Shown piece by piece: positions 1 to 8,667 of a DNA stretch of 60,261 bases; within the stretch, counting starts at the first letter, position 1, and every line of letters starts with the position of its first letter. The notes beneath the pieces were generated by a model, which did not search any database, was not told where the DNA came from, and worked only from the letters and a program-made list of their open reading frames with translations. Both the position numbers and the translations under genes were made by a program. Location of the stretch: the NCBI GenBank assembly GCA_964650165.1, contig CAZYQF010000001.1, forward strand, positions 1-60,261, given 5' to 3'. This DNA comes from an uncultured Lentisphaeraceae bacterium. GTDB lineage: Bacteria; Verrucomicrobiota; Kiritimatiellia; RFP12; UBA1067.

Positions 1-575
1 CGGCAATCGCGCGCCGGGCGCTCGCGCTGACGCCGGGCGGCTGCAAGGACGACATCAGCTGCGCCGTGATCTACCTGCGTTACCCGCGCGTTCTCCGCAT
101 TCTCTCGGGTCCGCCGTTCTACAAGGAGCATGACGCCGAGTACGCGCGTCAGGCAAAGCTCGGGTACGGCCACGTCGTCGTCTGCGGCGGAACGACCGCG
201 AACATCGTCAAACGCGAGCTCGGGAAGAATGTCACGGTCTCGCTCGCGGACATGAAAACGGCCGGGGGTCTGCCGCCCGTCGGCACGATTGACGGAATCG
301 GCATCGCGACGGAAGGCATTCTGACGCTTTCGCGCGTCACGACGGTGCTCGAGGAGATGCGTCCGTCCGCCGGCGAACCCGCCGCCGCGAAGACGATTCT
401 CGAGCTTGTGATGGCGCACGACCGCATCGAATTCGTCATCGGAACGAAGGTCAACGAGTCTCACCAAGACCCGAACGTCCCGCAGGATCTCGAGCTGCGG
501 CGCTCCGTCGTCAAGCGGATGACGGCGGCGCTCGAGAAGAACTACCGCAAGCAAATTACGGTCAACTACTACTGA
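1..575 (+). CDS. PP2C/SpoIIE-type phosphatase-like protein, C-terminal part (5' end lies outside the window)
   Basis: The frame is open from the window edge (codons from nt 3 read AIARRALALTPGGCKDDISCAVIYLR...), so the listed start at 66 is an artefact. 'DDISCAV' resembles the terminal DD(I/M)T motif of PP2C folds. It is followed by a ~160-aa C-terminal domain I cannot name. GC3-rich codons. Ends 12 nt before the next gene. Confidence 0.45.
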   Translation, partial: AIARRALALTPGGCKDDISCAVIYLRYPRVLRILSGPPFYKEHDAEYARQAKLGYGHVVVCGGTTANIVKRELGKNVTVSLADMKTAGGLPPVGTIDGIGIATEGILTLSRVTTVLEEMRPSAGEPAAAKTILELVMAHDRIEFVIGTKVNESHQDPNVPQDLELRRSVVKRMTAALEKNYRKQITVNYY

Positions 576-587
576 GGAGAAGAAGAC

Positions 588-851
588 ATGGAAAAAATCA
601 AGGTCGAAATCTGCTGTGGGACCGCCTGCTATCTGCTGGGAGCGGCCAAGATGATGAACCTCGAGGAACGGCTCCCCGAGAACTGCCGCTGTCATGTCGA
701 GATCGAGGCGAAGACCTGTCTTGAACTCTGCGAGAAGGACAATCTCGGCGGTGCTCCGTACGTCCGCTTCAACGGATCCGAAATCATGAGCCAGGCGACG
801 CCCGAGCGGGTGCTCGCGCGCATCCGCGAACTCGCCGAAGGAATCGCCTGA
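588..851 (+). CDS. Thioredoxin-like [2Fe-2S] ferredoxin (NuoE/HndA-like)
   Basis: 87 aa. Cys pattern C9-x4-C14 ... C44-x3-C48 (CCGTAC ... CLELC) typical of NuoE-type 2Fe-2S domains. GAGGAG Shine-Dalgarno upstream. Stop is 1 nt before the hydrogenase ATG. Confidence 0.7.
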   Translation: MEKIKVEICCGTACYLLGAAKMMNLEERLPENCRCHVEIEAKTCLELCEKDNLGGAPYVRFNGSEIMSQATPERVLARIRELAEGIA

Positions 852-852
852 C

Positions 853-2235
853 ATGTTGAACGGATACACTTTTATCCGTCGCGAACTGATGATCCGCCTC
901 GTCCGCGCGTTCGCCGAGGGGACGCTCGAAAACGAGATCGACCAGATCGCCGTCAAACTGCGTCCGAAGGAGGCCGACTCCTCGCGTTGCTGCATCTACC
1001 ACGACCGCGCGGTGATCAAGTACCGTCTGATGGCGCTTCTGGGCGTTTCGGTCGAACAGGAAACCGACGAGACGAAACTTCTGAGGGAGTATCTCAAGGA
1101 CGAGCGCGAAGCGAAGCCGGCGCACGATCCGCTTTCCGTCTGCGGCCCTGCCTGCAGCGGCTGCCCGGACGCGAAGGTTGTCTCGACCCCGAACTGCCGC
1201 GGTTGCTTTGCGCGTCCATGCGTCTACAACTGTCCCAAGAAGGCGATCGACGTCGTCGACGGGCGCAGCGTGATCGACCCGTCGAAGTGCGTCAAATGCG
1301 GCAAGTGCATCGCCGTGTGCCCGTATCACGCGATCATCAAGACGACCGTACCCTGCGAAGAAGCCTGCCCCGTCGCCGCGATCAGGAAGAACGAAAACGG
1401 CGTCGCCGAAATCGATTTCAATCGGTGCATTTTCTGCGGCAAGTGCTTCAACGCGTGTCCGTTCGGCGCGGTGATGGAGCGCTCGCAATTGCTTGACGTG
1501 CTCCTCGCGATGAAGCGCGGCGAGAAGCTCGTCGCCATGGTCGCGCCGTCTGCGGACCGACAGTTCCCGGGCACGATCGAACAGCTTCTGACGGCCTGTT
1601 CGAAGGTCGGTTTTTCGGACGTCATGGAAGTCGCGCTCGGCGCGGAGATGACGACCGAGCGCGAGACGAAGGAATTCATCGAGCGCATGGAGAAGGATCC
1701 GAAGACATTCATGACGACGTCCTGCTGTCCCGCGTGGGTCAATCTCGTCGGCAAGCATCTGCCCGATCTCGTCGACCATGTGTCCACGACGCCGAGTCCG
1801 ATGGTCTACGCTCGCGAGCTCGCGCTTCAGAAGGATCCGACAGTCAAGACGGTCTTCATCGGACCGTGCGTCGCGAAGCGCAGCGAGGCGCGTCGGAAAG
1901 CCGTCGACTACGTTCTTTCCTTCGAGGAGCTCGGCGCGCTTTTCGCCGGCCGCAAAGTCGACGTGATCGCCTGTGAACCCTGGAAGCTGCAGCGTCCGGC
2001 GAACCCGACCGCGCGCAACTACGCCCGCAGCTGCGGCGTGACGGAAGCCGTGCTCGACGAAGCGACCCAGAAGATCCCAGGTTTCAAACTCAACGCGAAG
2101 CAGGTCAGCGGCATCGACCGCAAGACCTGCGCGGTCGTCAAGCTTTACGCTTCCGGGAAGCTCCCCGCGAATTTCCTCGAAGTCATGGCCTGCCCCGGGG
2201 GCTGCCAGAACGGCCCCTGTTCGCTGGTGAAGTGA
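853..2235 (+). CDS. [FeFe]-hydrogenase-family protein (non-prototypical; catalytic or sensory role unresolved)
   Basis: 460 aa. Ferredoxin-type motifs CVKCGKCIAVCP and CIFCGKCFNACP plus CRGCFARPCVYNCP. H-cluster motifs TSCCPAW, GPCVAKR and EVMACPGGCQNGP. N-terminal ~90-aa domain with an SSRCC motif. Confidence 0.85.
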   Translation: MLNGYTFIRRELMIRLVRAFAEGTLENEIDQIAVKLRPKEADSSRCCIYHDRAVIKYRLMALLGVSVEQETDETKLLREYLKDEREAKPAHDPLSVCGPACSGCPDAKVVSTPNCRGCFARPCVYNCPKKAIDVVDGRSVIDPSKCVKCGKCIAVCPYHAIIKTTVPCEEACPVAAIRKNENGVAEIDFNRCIFCGKCFNACPFGAVMERSQLLDVLLAMKRGEKLVAMVAPSADRQFPGTIEQLLTACSKVGFSDVMEVALGAEMTTERETKEFIERMEKDPKTFMTTSCCPAWVNLVGKHLPDLVDHVSTTPSPMVYARELALQKDPTVKTVFIGPCVAKRSEARRKAVDYVLSFEELGALFAGRKVDVIACEPWKLQRPANPTARNYARSCGVTEAVLDEATQKIPGFKLNAKQVSGIDRKTCAVVKLYASGKLPANFLEVMACPGGCQNGPCSLVK

Positions 2236-2285
2236 CGACGATGGCGGCGTGTCCCCGCGCCGTCCTCGTCGTCGGTCGGGCAAGA

Positions 2286-2319
2286 CGCCTGTCCGAGATT
2301 CGGACGGGCGGTTTTTTCC
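2286..2319 (+). terminator. Rho-independent terminator after the hydrogenase gene
   Basis: CGCCTGTCCG-AGATT-CGGACGGGCG: 10-bp stem with one G-U pair, followed by GTTTTTTCC. Confidence 0.65.
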
Positions 2320-2325
2320 GCGGTA

Positions 2326-2334
2326 TGGTATAAT
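2326..2334 (+). promoter_or_regulatory. Extended -10 box TGGTATAAT, 6 nt from ATG 2341 (leaderless architecture)
   Basis: Exact TGnTATAAT. Only GATGAA lies between the hexamer and the start codon, with no SD possible. Confidence 0.6.
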
Positions 2335-2340
2335 GATGAA

Positions 2341-3837
2341 ATGACTGTTCATCATTTCATGGTTGCGGGAGCCGTTCTCGCGATGTCATTCGGCCTTTCG
2401 GCCGAGGTGAAGTTCGGAACGCCTTTTGCCGACGGCATGGTGTTGCAGCGCGACCGCGCGGTGCCGGTCTGGGGAACGGCGGACAAGAACGAGAAGGTCG
2501 TGGTCTCGTTCGGCGGCGCGACCGTCGAGACCGTCGCGGATGCCGACGGGAAGTGGCGCGTCGACCTTCCGGCGATGACCGCGTCCAAGAAGGGCCGCGA
2601 GCTTGAGGCGAACGGCAAGAAGGTTTCCGACGTCCTGGTGGGCGAGGTCTGGTATGTCAGCGGACAGTCCAATGCCGAGATGCCGCTCGTCGGCGATAAA
2701 CCCCACTTCAGCGACCGACAGGGCCGGCTGGTCGCGGCGATGACCCGCAATCCGTTCATCCGCTACTGCTACGCGAGCAACTACCAGTGGTCGGAGACGC
2801 CGAAATCCGCGGCGGCCTATCCGGTCGCCTGGAAGCCGTTCCTTCCCGAGAACCTCGGGACGAAGCCCAGTTTCTCCGCGATGGGCGTCTACTTCGCGCT
2901 GGAGCTCTACGCGGCCCTCGACATCCCGATCGGACTCGTCGGCTCGTATTGGGGCGGCACCAACATCGATCCTTGGACGCCGCGGTGCGGCTACGCGGGC
3001 AAGGACTCGATCAAGGAGACCGCGAACTGGACTCTCGTCGACCATGACTCCTGGAAGGACGAGAACCGCAAGGGCCCGATTCACGGCGCCCAGGAGCAGC
3101 CGACCGTGCTGTGGAACGAGATGGTCGAGCCCTGGTGTCCGATGGCGATGCGCGGCTTCATCTGGTATCAGGGCTGCACCAACTCCGGCGAGCCCGAGCT
3201 CTACTGCGCCAAGATGCACGCGCTCTATGATGGCTGGGCCGAAAAGTTCGCGAACCCCGCCCTCAAGCTCTACTTCGTCCAGCTCGCGCCGTTCAGCCGC
3301 AGCTGGTTTCCCATTCAGCTCGCCCAGGCCAAATTCGCCGCGGAGGAGAAGAATGCGGGGATGGTCACGACCGGCGACATCGGAAACGGGGACGACATCC
3401 ATCCGAACGAGAAGGCCACGATCGGCAAGCGCCTGGCGGCACTGGCGCTGGCGCGCGATTACGGATTCGAGGGGCTCGAGGCCGAGGCGCCGACGCTCAA
3501 GGGCGTCCTGGCCGAGGAAGGGCGGCTCGTGCTCCGCTTCGACCATGCGGACGGCTGGTACGTCTACAATCCGGACTGGGACATCCTGCGCGGTTTCGAG
3601 GTGTCCGGGACGAACGGCGTCTGGCATCCGGCGATCCTGGTCAATTCGGACGGCGGCGCCAAGGTCAAGAGGGTCTGGGGCACCCGGGGAATCGTCGAAG
3701 GGCGCGATCTCGTGCTGGAATCCGAGTCGGTGACGAATCCGGTGAAGGTCCGTTATCTGCACGAGAAGCCGTGGGTCGGGTCTCTTTTCGCGACGAGCGG
3801 GCTTCCGCTCGGCCCGTTCGAGGCGGAAGCCGAGTAA
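2341..3837 (+). CDS. Sialate O-acetylesterase-family carbohydrate esterase, secreted
   Basis: 498 aa. N-terminal signal-like segment. GQSNAEMP catalytic-Ser motif, GFIWYQG, and DDIHPNEKATIGKRLA, all characteristic of the SASA/9-O-acetylesterase family. Confidence 0.8.
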   Translation: MTVHHFMVAGAVLAMSFGLSAEVKFGTPFADGMVLQRDRAVPVWGTADKNEKVVVSFGGATVETVADADGKWRVDLPAMTASKKGRELEANGKKVSDVLVGEVWYVSGQSNAEMPLVGDKPHFSDRQGRLVAAMTRNPFIRYCYASNYQWSETPKSAAAYPVAWKPFLPENLGTKPSFSAMGVYFALELYAALDIPIGLVGSYWGGTNIDPWTPRCGYAGKDSIKETANWTLVDHDSWKDENRKGPIHGAQEQPTVLWNEMVEPWCPMAMRGFIWYQGCTNSGEPELYCAKMHALYDGWAEKFANPALKLYFVQLAPFSRSWFPIQLAQAKFAAEEKNAGMVTTGDIGNGDDIHPNEKATIGKRLAALALARDYGFEGLEAEAPTLKGVLAEEGRLVLRFDHADGWYVYNPDWDILRGFEVSGTNGVWHPAILVNSDGGAKVKRVWGTRGIVEGRDLVLESESVTNPVKVRYLHEKPWVGSLFATSGLPLGPFEAEAE

Positions 3838-3847
3838 AGGAGCCAAA

Positions 3848-5812
3848 ATGATCAACTATCAGAAGGAATTCTTCGACCGCGAGTATTCGGCGCGCGAGGC
3901 GTACGGGCGTCTCTGGCGCTATGCGCTCAGGTATCGGTTCAGGATCGTCGTGGGCATCGTCTGCGGAATGCTCACGGCGGGCACGCTGGTGCCGCTTTTC
4001 CAGGCGGTCCAGCCGGCGCTCGAGAAGGTGTCCGTCATCCAGGAGGTGAAGCAGGAGCTGTCGGATGGCGACACGGCGATGACGGCGGAAGTCAAGCCGT
4101 CTGAAGCTAATCCGTCCCTCAAGGTTCCGAAGGGCATGAAAGTGCCGAAGACCAATCTGCCGTCGTGGTATCCGAAGGCCGAGAAAGTCGCCAAGAAACT
4201 TGGCATCAACCTCACGAACGAAGACGGGTCGATGGGCGGCGCGCTGGCGTTTCTCGTCATCGTCATCATCCCGGTGGTCGCGCTGTTCCGTCTCGGGCTC
4301 GTTTTCCTCAATCACTACTGCCTGACATGGGCGGGATCCAAGGTCGTGGCGGACCTTCGAATCGACCTCCTCGAGCACATCCAGCGCCAGTCAATGCAGT
4401 TCTTCGGACGCATCGACGTCGGCATGCTGATGAGCCGAGCGACCGGAGATCCCCAGCAGGTTCAGTCCGTCATCCAGACCACGCTCTCGCAGCTGGCCCG
4501 CGCTCCGTTCGAGATTCTGGTCTCGGTCGGCTTCGTCATTCATTTCGCGATCGTGAACGACATGCTCGCGACGCTCGCGATGATCGTGATCGGATTCCCC
4601 ATGTTCATGCTCCCCGTCGTCGCCATCGGCAAGGTCATCCGCAAATGGTCGAAGCGGACGATGGAGAAGAGTTCGGTCATCGGTTCGAAGATCCACGAAC
4701 TGCTCACCTGCGTGCGCGTAATCAAGGCGTACGACATGGAGCAATTCGAGGACGAGAACTACCGGACCGTCAACCGCAACCTGCTGAAGTCGACCCTGCG
4801 CGCGGTGCGCATGGGCCTTTTGGTCGGTCCGACGGTCGAGACGGTCGGCATCTTGCTCATCTGCGTCTTCGTGGTGTTCTGCTTCATGACGCACGTGTCT
4901 CTCGCCAAAGTGGTGCCGATGCTGGCCCCGCTGATCATCATCTACAAGCCGCTCAAGCAGGTGGCGAGCATGCAGGTCCACATCGAGCAGGGCACGGCGA
5001 GCCTGTCGCGCATCTTTTCCCTTCTCGACGTGAGCATGGAGCTGCCTCAGCCGGCGCATCCCGTCCGCAAGGCGACGTTTGACTCGTGCGTGAGCTTCGA
5101 GGACGTGTCGTTCCGGTACGAGACGGCGGATGACGACGCGGTCAAGCACGTGACGTTTTCGATCGAGCGCGGCAAGCTTGTCGCCGTCGTCGGCACCACC
5201 GGGTCCGGCAAGTCTACCGTCGGCGGACTGCTCGCGCGATTCTACGATCCGCGCGAAGGGCGCATCACAATGGACGGAACCGACCTGCGCGACCTGAATG
5301 TCTCGGATCTCCGCAACCTGATCGGGTCCGTCCAGCAGGAGACGCTCCTGTTCAACGAGTCGATTGAGTACAATATCCGCTACGGCACGCCGAACGCCAC
5401 GCACGAGCAGGTCGTTGCGGCGGCGAAGCTGGCGAACGCCCATGACTTCATCGTGTCCCAGCCGGGCGGTTACGACCGGAACGTGGGCGAGAAGGGCTTC
5501 GCCCTTTCCGGCGGCGAGCGCCAGCGCATCGCCATCGCGCGTGCGATCCTGAAGAATCCGCCGATCCTCATTCTCGACGAGGCGACGAGCGCGCTGGACA
5601 CCGTGACCGAACGCCTGGTCCAGGAAGCCCTGGACAACCTCATGGCGAACCGCACGACATTCGCAATCGCGCATCGTCTCTCGACGATCCGCCATGCGGA
5701 CCTCATTCTCGTGATGGACCGCGGCACGGTTGTCGAACGCGGCACGCACGACGAGCTTTTTGCCGCCAACGGGGTCTACCGCCGGCTCTGCGACATGCAG
5801 AAACAGGGGTGA
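3848..5812 (+). CDS. ABC exporter, fused permease/ATPase (MsbA-like)
   Basis: 654 aa. Six-TM type N-terminal half. Walker A GTTGSGKST, signature LSGGERQR, Walker [21 protein letters not shown]. Carries an ~80-aa extra loop after TM1. Confidence 0.85.
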   Translation: MINYQKEFFDREYSAREAYGRLWRYALRYRFRIVVGIVCGMLTAGTLVPLFQAVQPALEKVSVIQEVKQELSDGDTAMTAEVKPSEANPSLKVPKGMKVPKTNLPSWYPKAEKVAKKLGINLTNEDGSMGGALAFLVIVIIPVVALFRLGLVFLNHYCLTWAGSKVVADLRIDLLEHIQRQSMQFFGRIDVGMLMSRATGDPQQVQSVIQTTLSQLARAPFEILVSVGFVIHFAIVNDMLATLAMIVIGFPMFMLPVVAIGKVIRKWSKRTMEKSSVIGSKIHELLTCVRVIKAYDMEQFEDENYRTVNRNLLKSTLRAVRMGLLVGPTVETVGILLICVFVVFCFMTHVSLAKVVPMLAPLIIIYKPLKQVASMQVHIEQGTASLSRIFSLLDVSMELPQPAHPVRKATFDSCVSFEDVSFRYETADDDAVKHVTFSIERGKLVAVVGTTGSGKSTVGGLLARFYDPREGRITMDGTDLRDLNVSDLRNLIGSVQQETLLFNESIEYNIRYGTPNATHEQVVAAAKLANAHDFIVSQPGGYDRNVGEKGFALSGGERQRIAIARAILKNPPILILDEATSALDTVTERLVQEALDNLMANRTTFAIAHRLSTIRHADLILVMDRGTVVERGTHDELFAANGVYRRLCDMQKQG

Positions 5813-5825
5813 CGGGGGCGTCGTC

Positions 5826-7202
5826 ATGCGTATCGCCCTCCTGGCCAACGTCGCAGCCGATCTCCTTTCGAGGGAGTTCGAGCCCGGAACGGCGTTCGTC
5901 CCGCCAGGATTCAACGTCTGGGTTCAGGAGGCGCTCGAGCCGTCCGAAGGCCTTCGGACGTTCGCTCCCGAGACCGTCGCGCTGATCGTTGATTCTGCGA
6001 TGGGCGAGGTTGACGGCGCGCTGGTCGAGACCTGCCGAAAGTCGCTCGAGGAGCAGTTTCCGAATGCATCGGTCGTCGTTCCTGACATCGCAGCGCTGGC
6101 CGGACGCGTCGCGGATTTCCGTGACGAACGGATGCTGAAGCTCGCCTCGTCCCCGTATTCGCTGAACGGGCTCAAGTCTCTTGCGGACGAGATCCGCAGG
6201 CTCGCGTCGGCGGCCTCGGGTCCGAAGAAGGTCCTCGCGCTCGATCTCGACGGCACGCTCTGGGAAGGGGTCGTCGGCGAGGTCGGCGTCGCGAACATCG
6301 TTCCGCGGACGGAATTTCAGAAACAGATCGCCGCGCTGCGGAACGAGGGCGTTCTTCTCGTCGCGATTTCCAAGAACAACGAAGCCGACGTCGCGCCGGC
6401 GTGGGACGATCCGCGCATGGTTCTCGGCCGCAGCGACTTCGCCGCGGTCCGGATCAACTGGAAGGCGAAGTCCGATAATCTCCGGGAGCTTGCCGCGGAA
6501 CTAAATCTCGGCACCGATTCCTTCGTCTTCATCGACGACCGTGCCGTCGAACGCGAACGGATGCGCGCGGCGCTTCCCGAGGTGGTCACGCCGGACTGGC
6601 CGGTCGACTTCCCCGCGGCCGTGCGGATGTATTTCCGGACGGCGTCGACGGACGAGGACCGGCGCCGCGGGGAGATGTACGCCGCGGCGGACGAGCGGCG
6701 CCGGTTTTCCGAGGGGCTGACGAAAGAAGCCTATCTGGGCGGACTCCAGACGGTTCTCGACATCCATCCCGCACGGCCGGAGGAAGCCGGGCGCATCGCC
6801 CAGCTTTCGGAACGGACGCACCAGTTCAACGTCAGCGGCAACCGCTACTCGGCGGACGAGGTCGGCGCGATGGTGTCTGATCCGGAACGCATTCTCCTCG
6901 CCGCGCACCTCAAGGACCGGTTCGGCGACGAGGGACTGATCGCCTATGTCAACTGCATCTCCGCCGAAATCGTTGATTTTGCGATGAGTTGCCGAGTCGC
7001 GGACCGAGGTGTCGAACGTGCGGTTTTTGCTGCGCTCAAAAAGGAGGCGGTGAAACGAGGATGGGGGAATTTCCGCGCGAGCGTGCGCAAAACGCCGAAA
7101 AACATCCCGGTGCAGGGGCTTTTCGAGTCCGTCGGGCTTGAAAAAACCGAGGAAAACGAGTTCGTTAAATGGTATAATGGCATTTTCAAGGAAGGAAACT
7201 GA
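5826..7202 (+). CDS. FkbH-like HAD-IIIC family protein with a GNAT-like C-terminal region
   Basis: LALDLDGTLWEGVVGE, ISKNNEADV and INWKAKSDNL...FIDDRAVERE motifs of FkbH/HAD-IIIC. I prefer ATG 5826 (MRIALLANV) to the listed 5730, which overlaps the ABC gene. Confidence 0.7.
   Translation: MRIALLANVAADLLSREFEPGTAFVPPGFNVWVQEALEPSEGLRTFAPETVALIVDSAMGEVDGALVETCRKSLEEQFPNASVVVPDIAALAGRVADFRDERMLKLASSPYSLNGLKSLADEIRRLASAASGPKKVLALDLDGTLWEGVVGEVGVANIVPRTEFQKQIAALRNEGVLLVAISKNNEADVAPAWDDPRMVLGRSDFAAVRINWKAKSDNLRELAAELNLGTDSFVFIDDRAVERERMRAALPEVVTPDWPVDFPAAVRMYFRTASTDEDRRRGEMYAAADERRRFSEGLTKEAYLGGLQTVLDIHPARPEEAGRIAQLSERTHQFNVSGNRYSADEVGAMVSDPERILLAAHLKDRFGDEGLIAYVNCISAEIVDFAMSCRVADRGVERAVFAALKKEAVKRGWGNFRASVRKTPKNIPVQGLFESVGLEKTEENEFVKWYNGIFKEGN
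7170..7178 (+). promoter_or_regulatory. Extended -10 box TGGTATAAT embedded in the 3' end of the FkbH-like gene
   Basis: Exact TGnTATAAT, 25 nt upstream of ATG 7204, with an AAGGAAGGAAA SD in between. Confidence 0.5.
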
Positions 7203-7203
7203 A

Positions 7204-8667
7204 ATGACGGTCAAGGGCTATGCGAAATATCTGCTCATCATGGCAGGCTTGGGTGGACTTATCTACGGCATCGACGTCGGCGTGATCGCCGCAGCGCTCC
7301 CGTACATCCGCAATACCTCTGATTATACTTCGGGTCAGCTCGGCTTCATCGTCGGCGCGGTGCTCTGGGGTTCTGTCCTCAGCTCCCTCTTCGCGGGATC
7401 TCTCGCCGAGATCTTCGGACGCAAGACGATCATCATCGCCGCGGCCTTCTTCTTCTTCATCTCGATTCCGGTCATCTGCCTGTCCGGGCTCTTCGACGGA
7501 GGAAACTTCCTTCTGCTCACCGTCGGCCGCACCCTTCAGGGCGCGTCCGCGGGGCTTGTCGGCGTGGTGATTCCGATGTACCTCGCCGAATGTCTTGATT
7601 CCGGGTCCCGCGGCAAGGGCACGGGCATGTTCCAGCTTCTCCTGACGGTCGGGCTTGCCTTCGCCGCGGTGATCGGACTTGTCGTCACCGGACTGGTGGG
7701 TGATTCTGACAAGATCATCAAGGAGCTCGCCGGCGCCGCGCCGACGGCCGAGCAGGTTCACGGCTGGGTCGTCGCCTGGCAGACGATCTTCCTTTGCTCG
7801 GCGGTTCCGGGCCTGATTCTCTTCCTGGGCGCTTTCGGGCTCAAGGAGTCTCCGCGCTGGCTCTACAGGAAGGGGCGCACAAACGAGGCGCTTGCATCGC
7901 TTGCCGCAAACAACGGCGAAGCGAAGGCGAAGGAGATTCTCGCCGAAATGATTTCCGCAGACGCGGCCGCGGATGCCGAAAAGAAGGCGATCGCCGCGGC
8001 GGCGCGGGGCGACAGCCTCTGGCAGCGCAAGTATGTCTATCCGTTCTGCCTGGCCGTGGTCATTCTCGCGTGCAACCAGACGACGGGCATCAACTCCGTC
8101 CTCAACTACACCGTGGACATCTTCAAGGAGACCGGCATGTCGGGCGTCTTCGCCAATGTCAGCGACCTGGCGATCAAGCTGGTCAACGTCCTGATGACGA
8201 TCGTCGCCTGCGCGCTGGTGGACAAGAAGGGCCGGAAGTTCCTGCTGAAGCTCGGCACGGCGGGCATCATTCTCGGGCTCTGCGGCGTCGGCACCGTCTT
8301 CCTGGCCATCAAGTCGGGGATGGTGGTCGCGTCGATGGCCACCGGCGTCGTCGCCACCCTGTTCTTCTTCATGTTCATCGCGTTCTACGCCGTCGGGCCG
8401 GGCGTCTGCGTCTGGCTGGCGCTCTCCGAGCTCATGCCGACGCGCATCCGCGCGACCGGCATGTCCATCGCGATGATCATCAACCAGGGCGTTTCGGCGA
8501 CGATCGCCACCGTCTTTCCGAAGTGGGTCGGTTCCTGGGGCTTCGCGCCGGTGTTCTACTGCCTCGCCGGCTTCACCGTGATCTACTTCGTCACGGCGGC
8601 GTTCTTCCTGCCGGAAACCAAGGGCAAGACGCTCGAGGAGATCGAGAAGTACTTCTCGAAGAAGTAA
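7204..8667 (+). CDS. MFS sugar-porter family transporter
   Basis: 12-TM layout. FGRK, KESPRWL (PESPR signature) and LPETKGKTLEEIE motifs. Start moved to ATG 7204 (MTVKGYAKY), 2 nt after the upstream stop. Confidence 0.8.
   Translation: MTVKGYAKYLLIMAGLGGLIYGIDVGVIAAALPYIRNTSDYTSGQLGFIVGAVLWGSVLSSLFAGSLAEIFGRKTIIIAAAFFFFISIPVICLSGLFDGGNFLLLTVGRTLQGASAGLVGVVIPMYLAECLDSGSRGKGTGMFQLLLTVGLAFAAVIGLVVTGLVGDSDKIIKELAGAAPTAEQVHGWVVAWQTIFLCSAVPGLILFLGAFGLKESPRWLYRKGRTNEALASLAANNGEAKAKEILAEMISADAAADAEKKAIAAAARGDSLWQRKYVYPFCLAVVILACNQTTGINSVLNYTVDIFKETGMSGVFANVSDLAIKLVNVLMTIVACALVDKKGRKFLLKLGTAGIILGLCGVGTVFLAIKSGMVVASMATGVVATLFFFMFIAFYAVGPGVCVWLALSELMPTRIRATGMSIAMIINQGVSATIATVFPKWVGSWGFAPVFYCLAGFTVIYFVTAAFFLPETKGKTLEEIEKYFSKK

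Noticed and set aside
66-575. Listed start at 66 for the first ORF.
   Set aside because: The reading frame is open back to nt 3 and encodes a plausible continuation (..KDDISCAVIYLR). The gene is truncated by the window edge.
784-2355. Very long minus-strand ORFs (for example 784-2355, 2386-3855, 7186-9372, 29560-31584, 40949-42313 and 55535-58624, up to 1029 aa).
   Set aside because: They lie antisense to + strand genes that carry unambiguous family motifs. Their translations are Arg/Gly/Asp/Ala-rich low-complexity strings with no motifs. This is the classic shadow-ORF effect in GC-rich DNA, where stop codons are rare.
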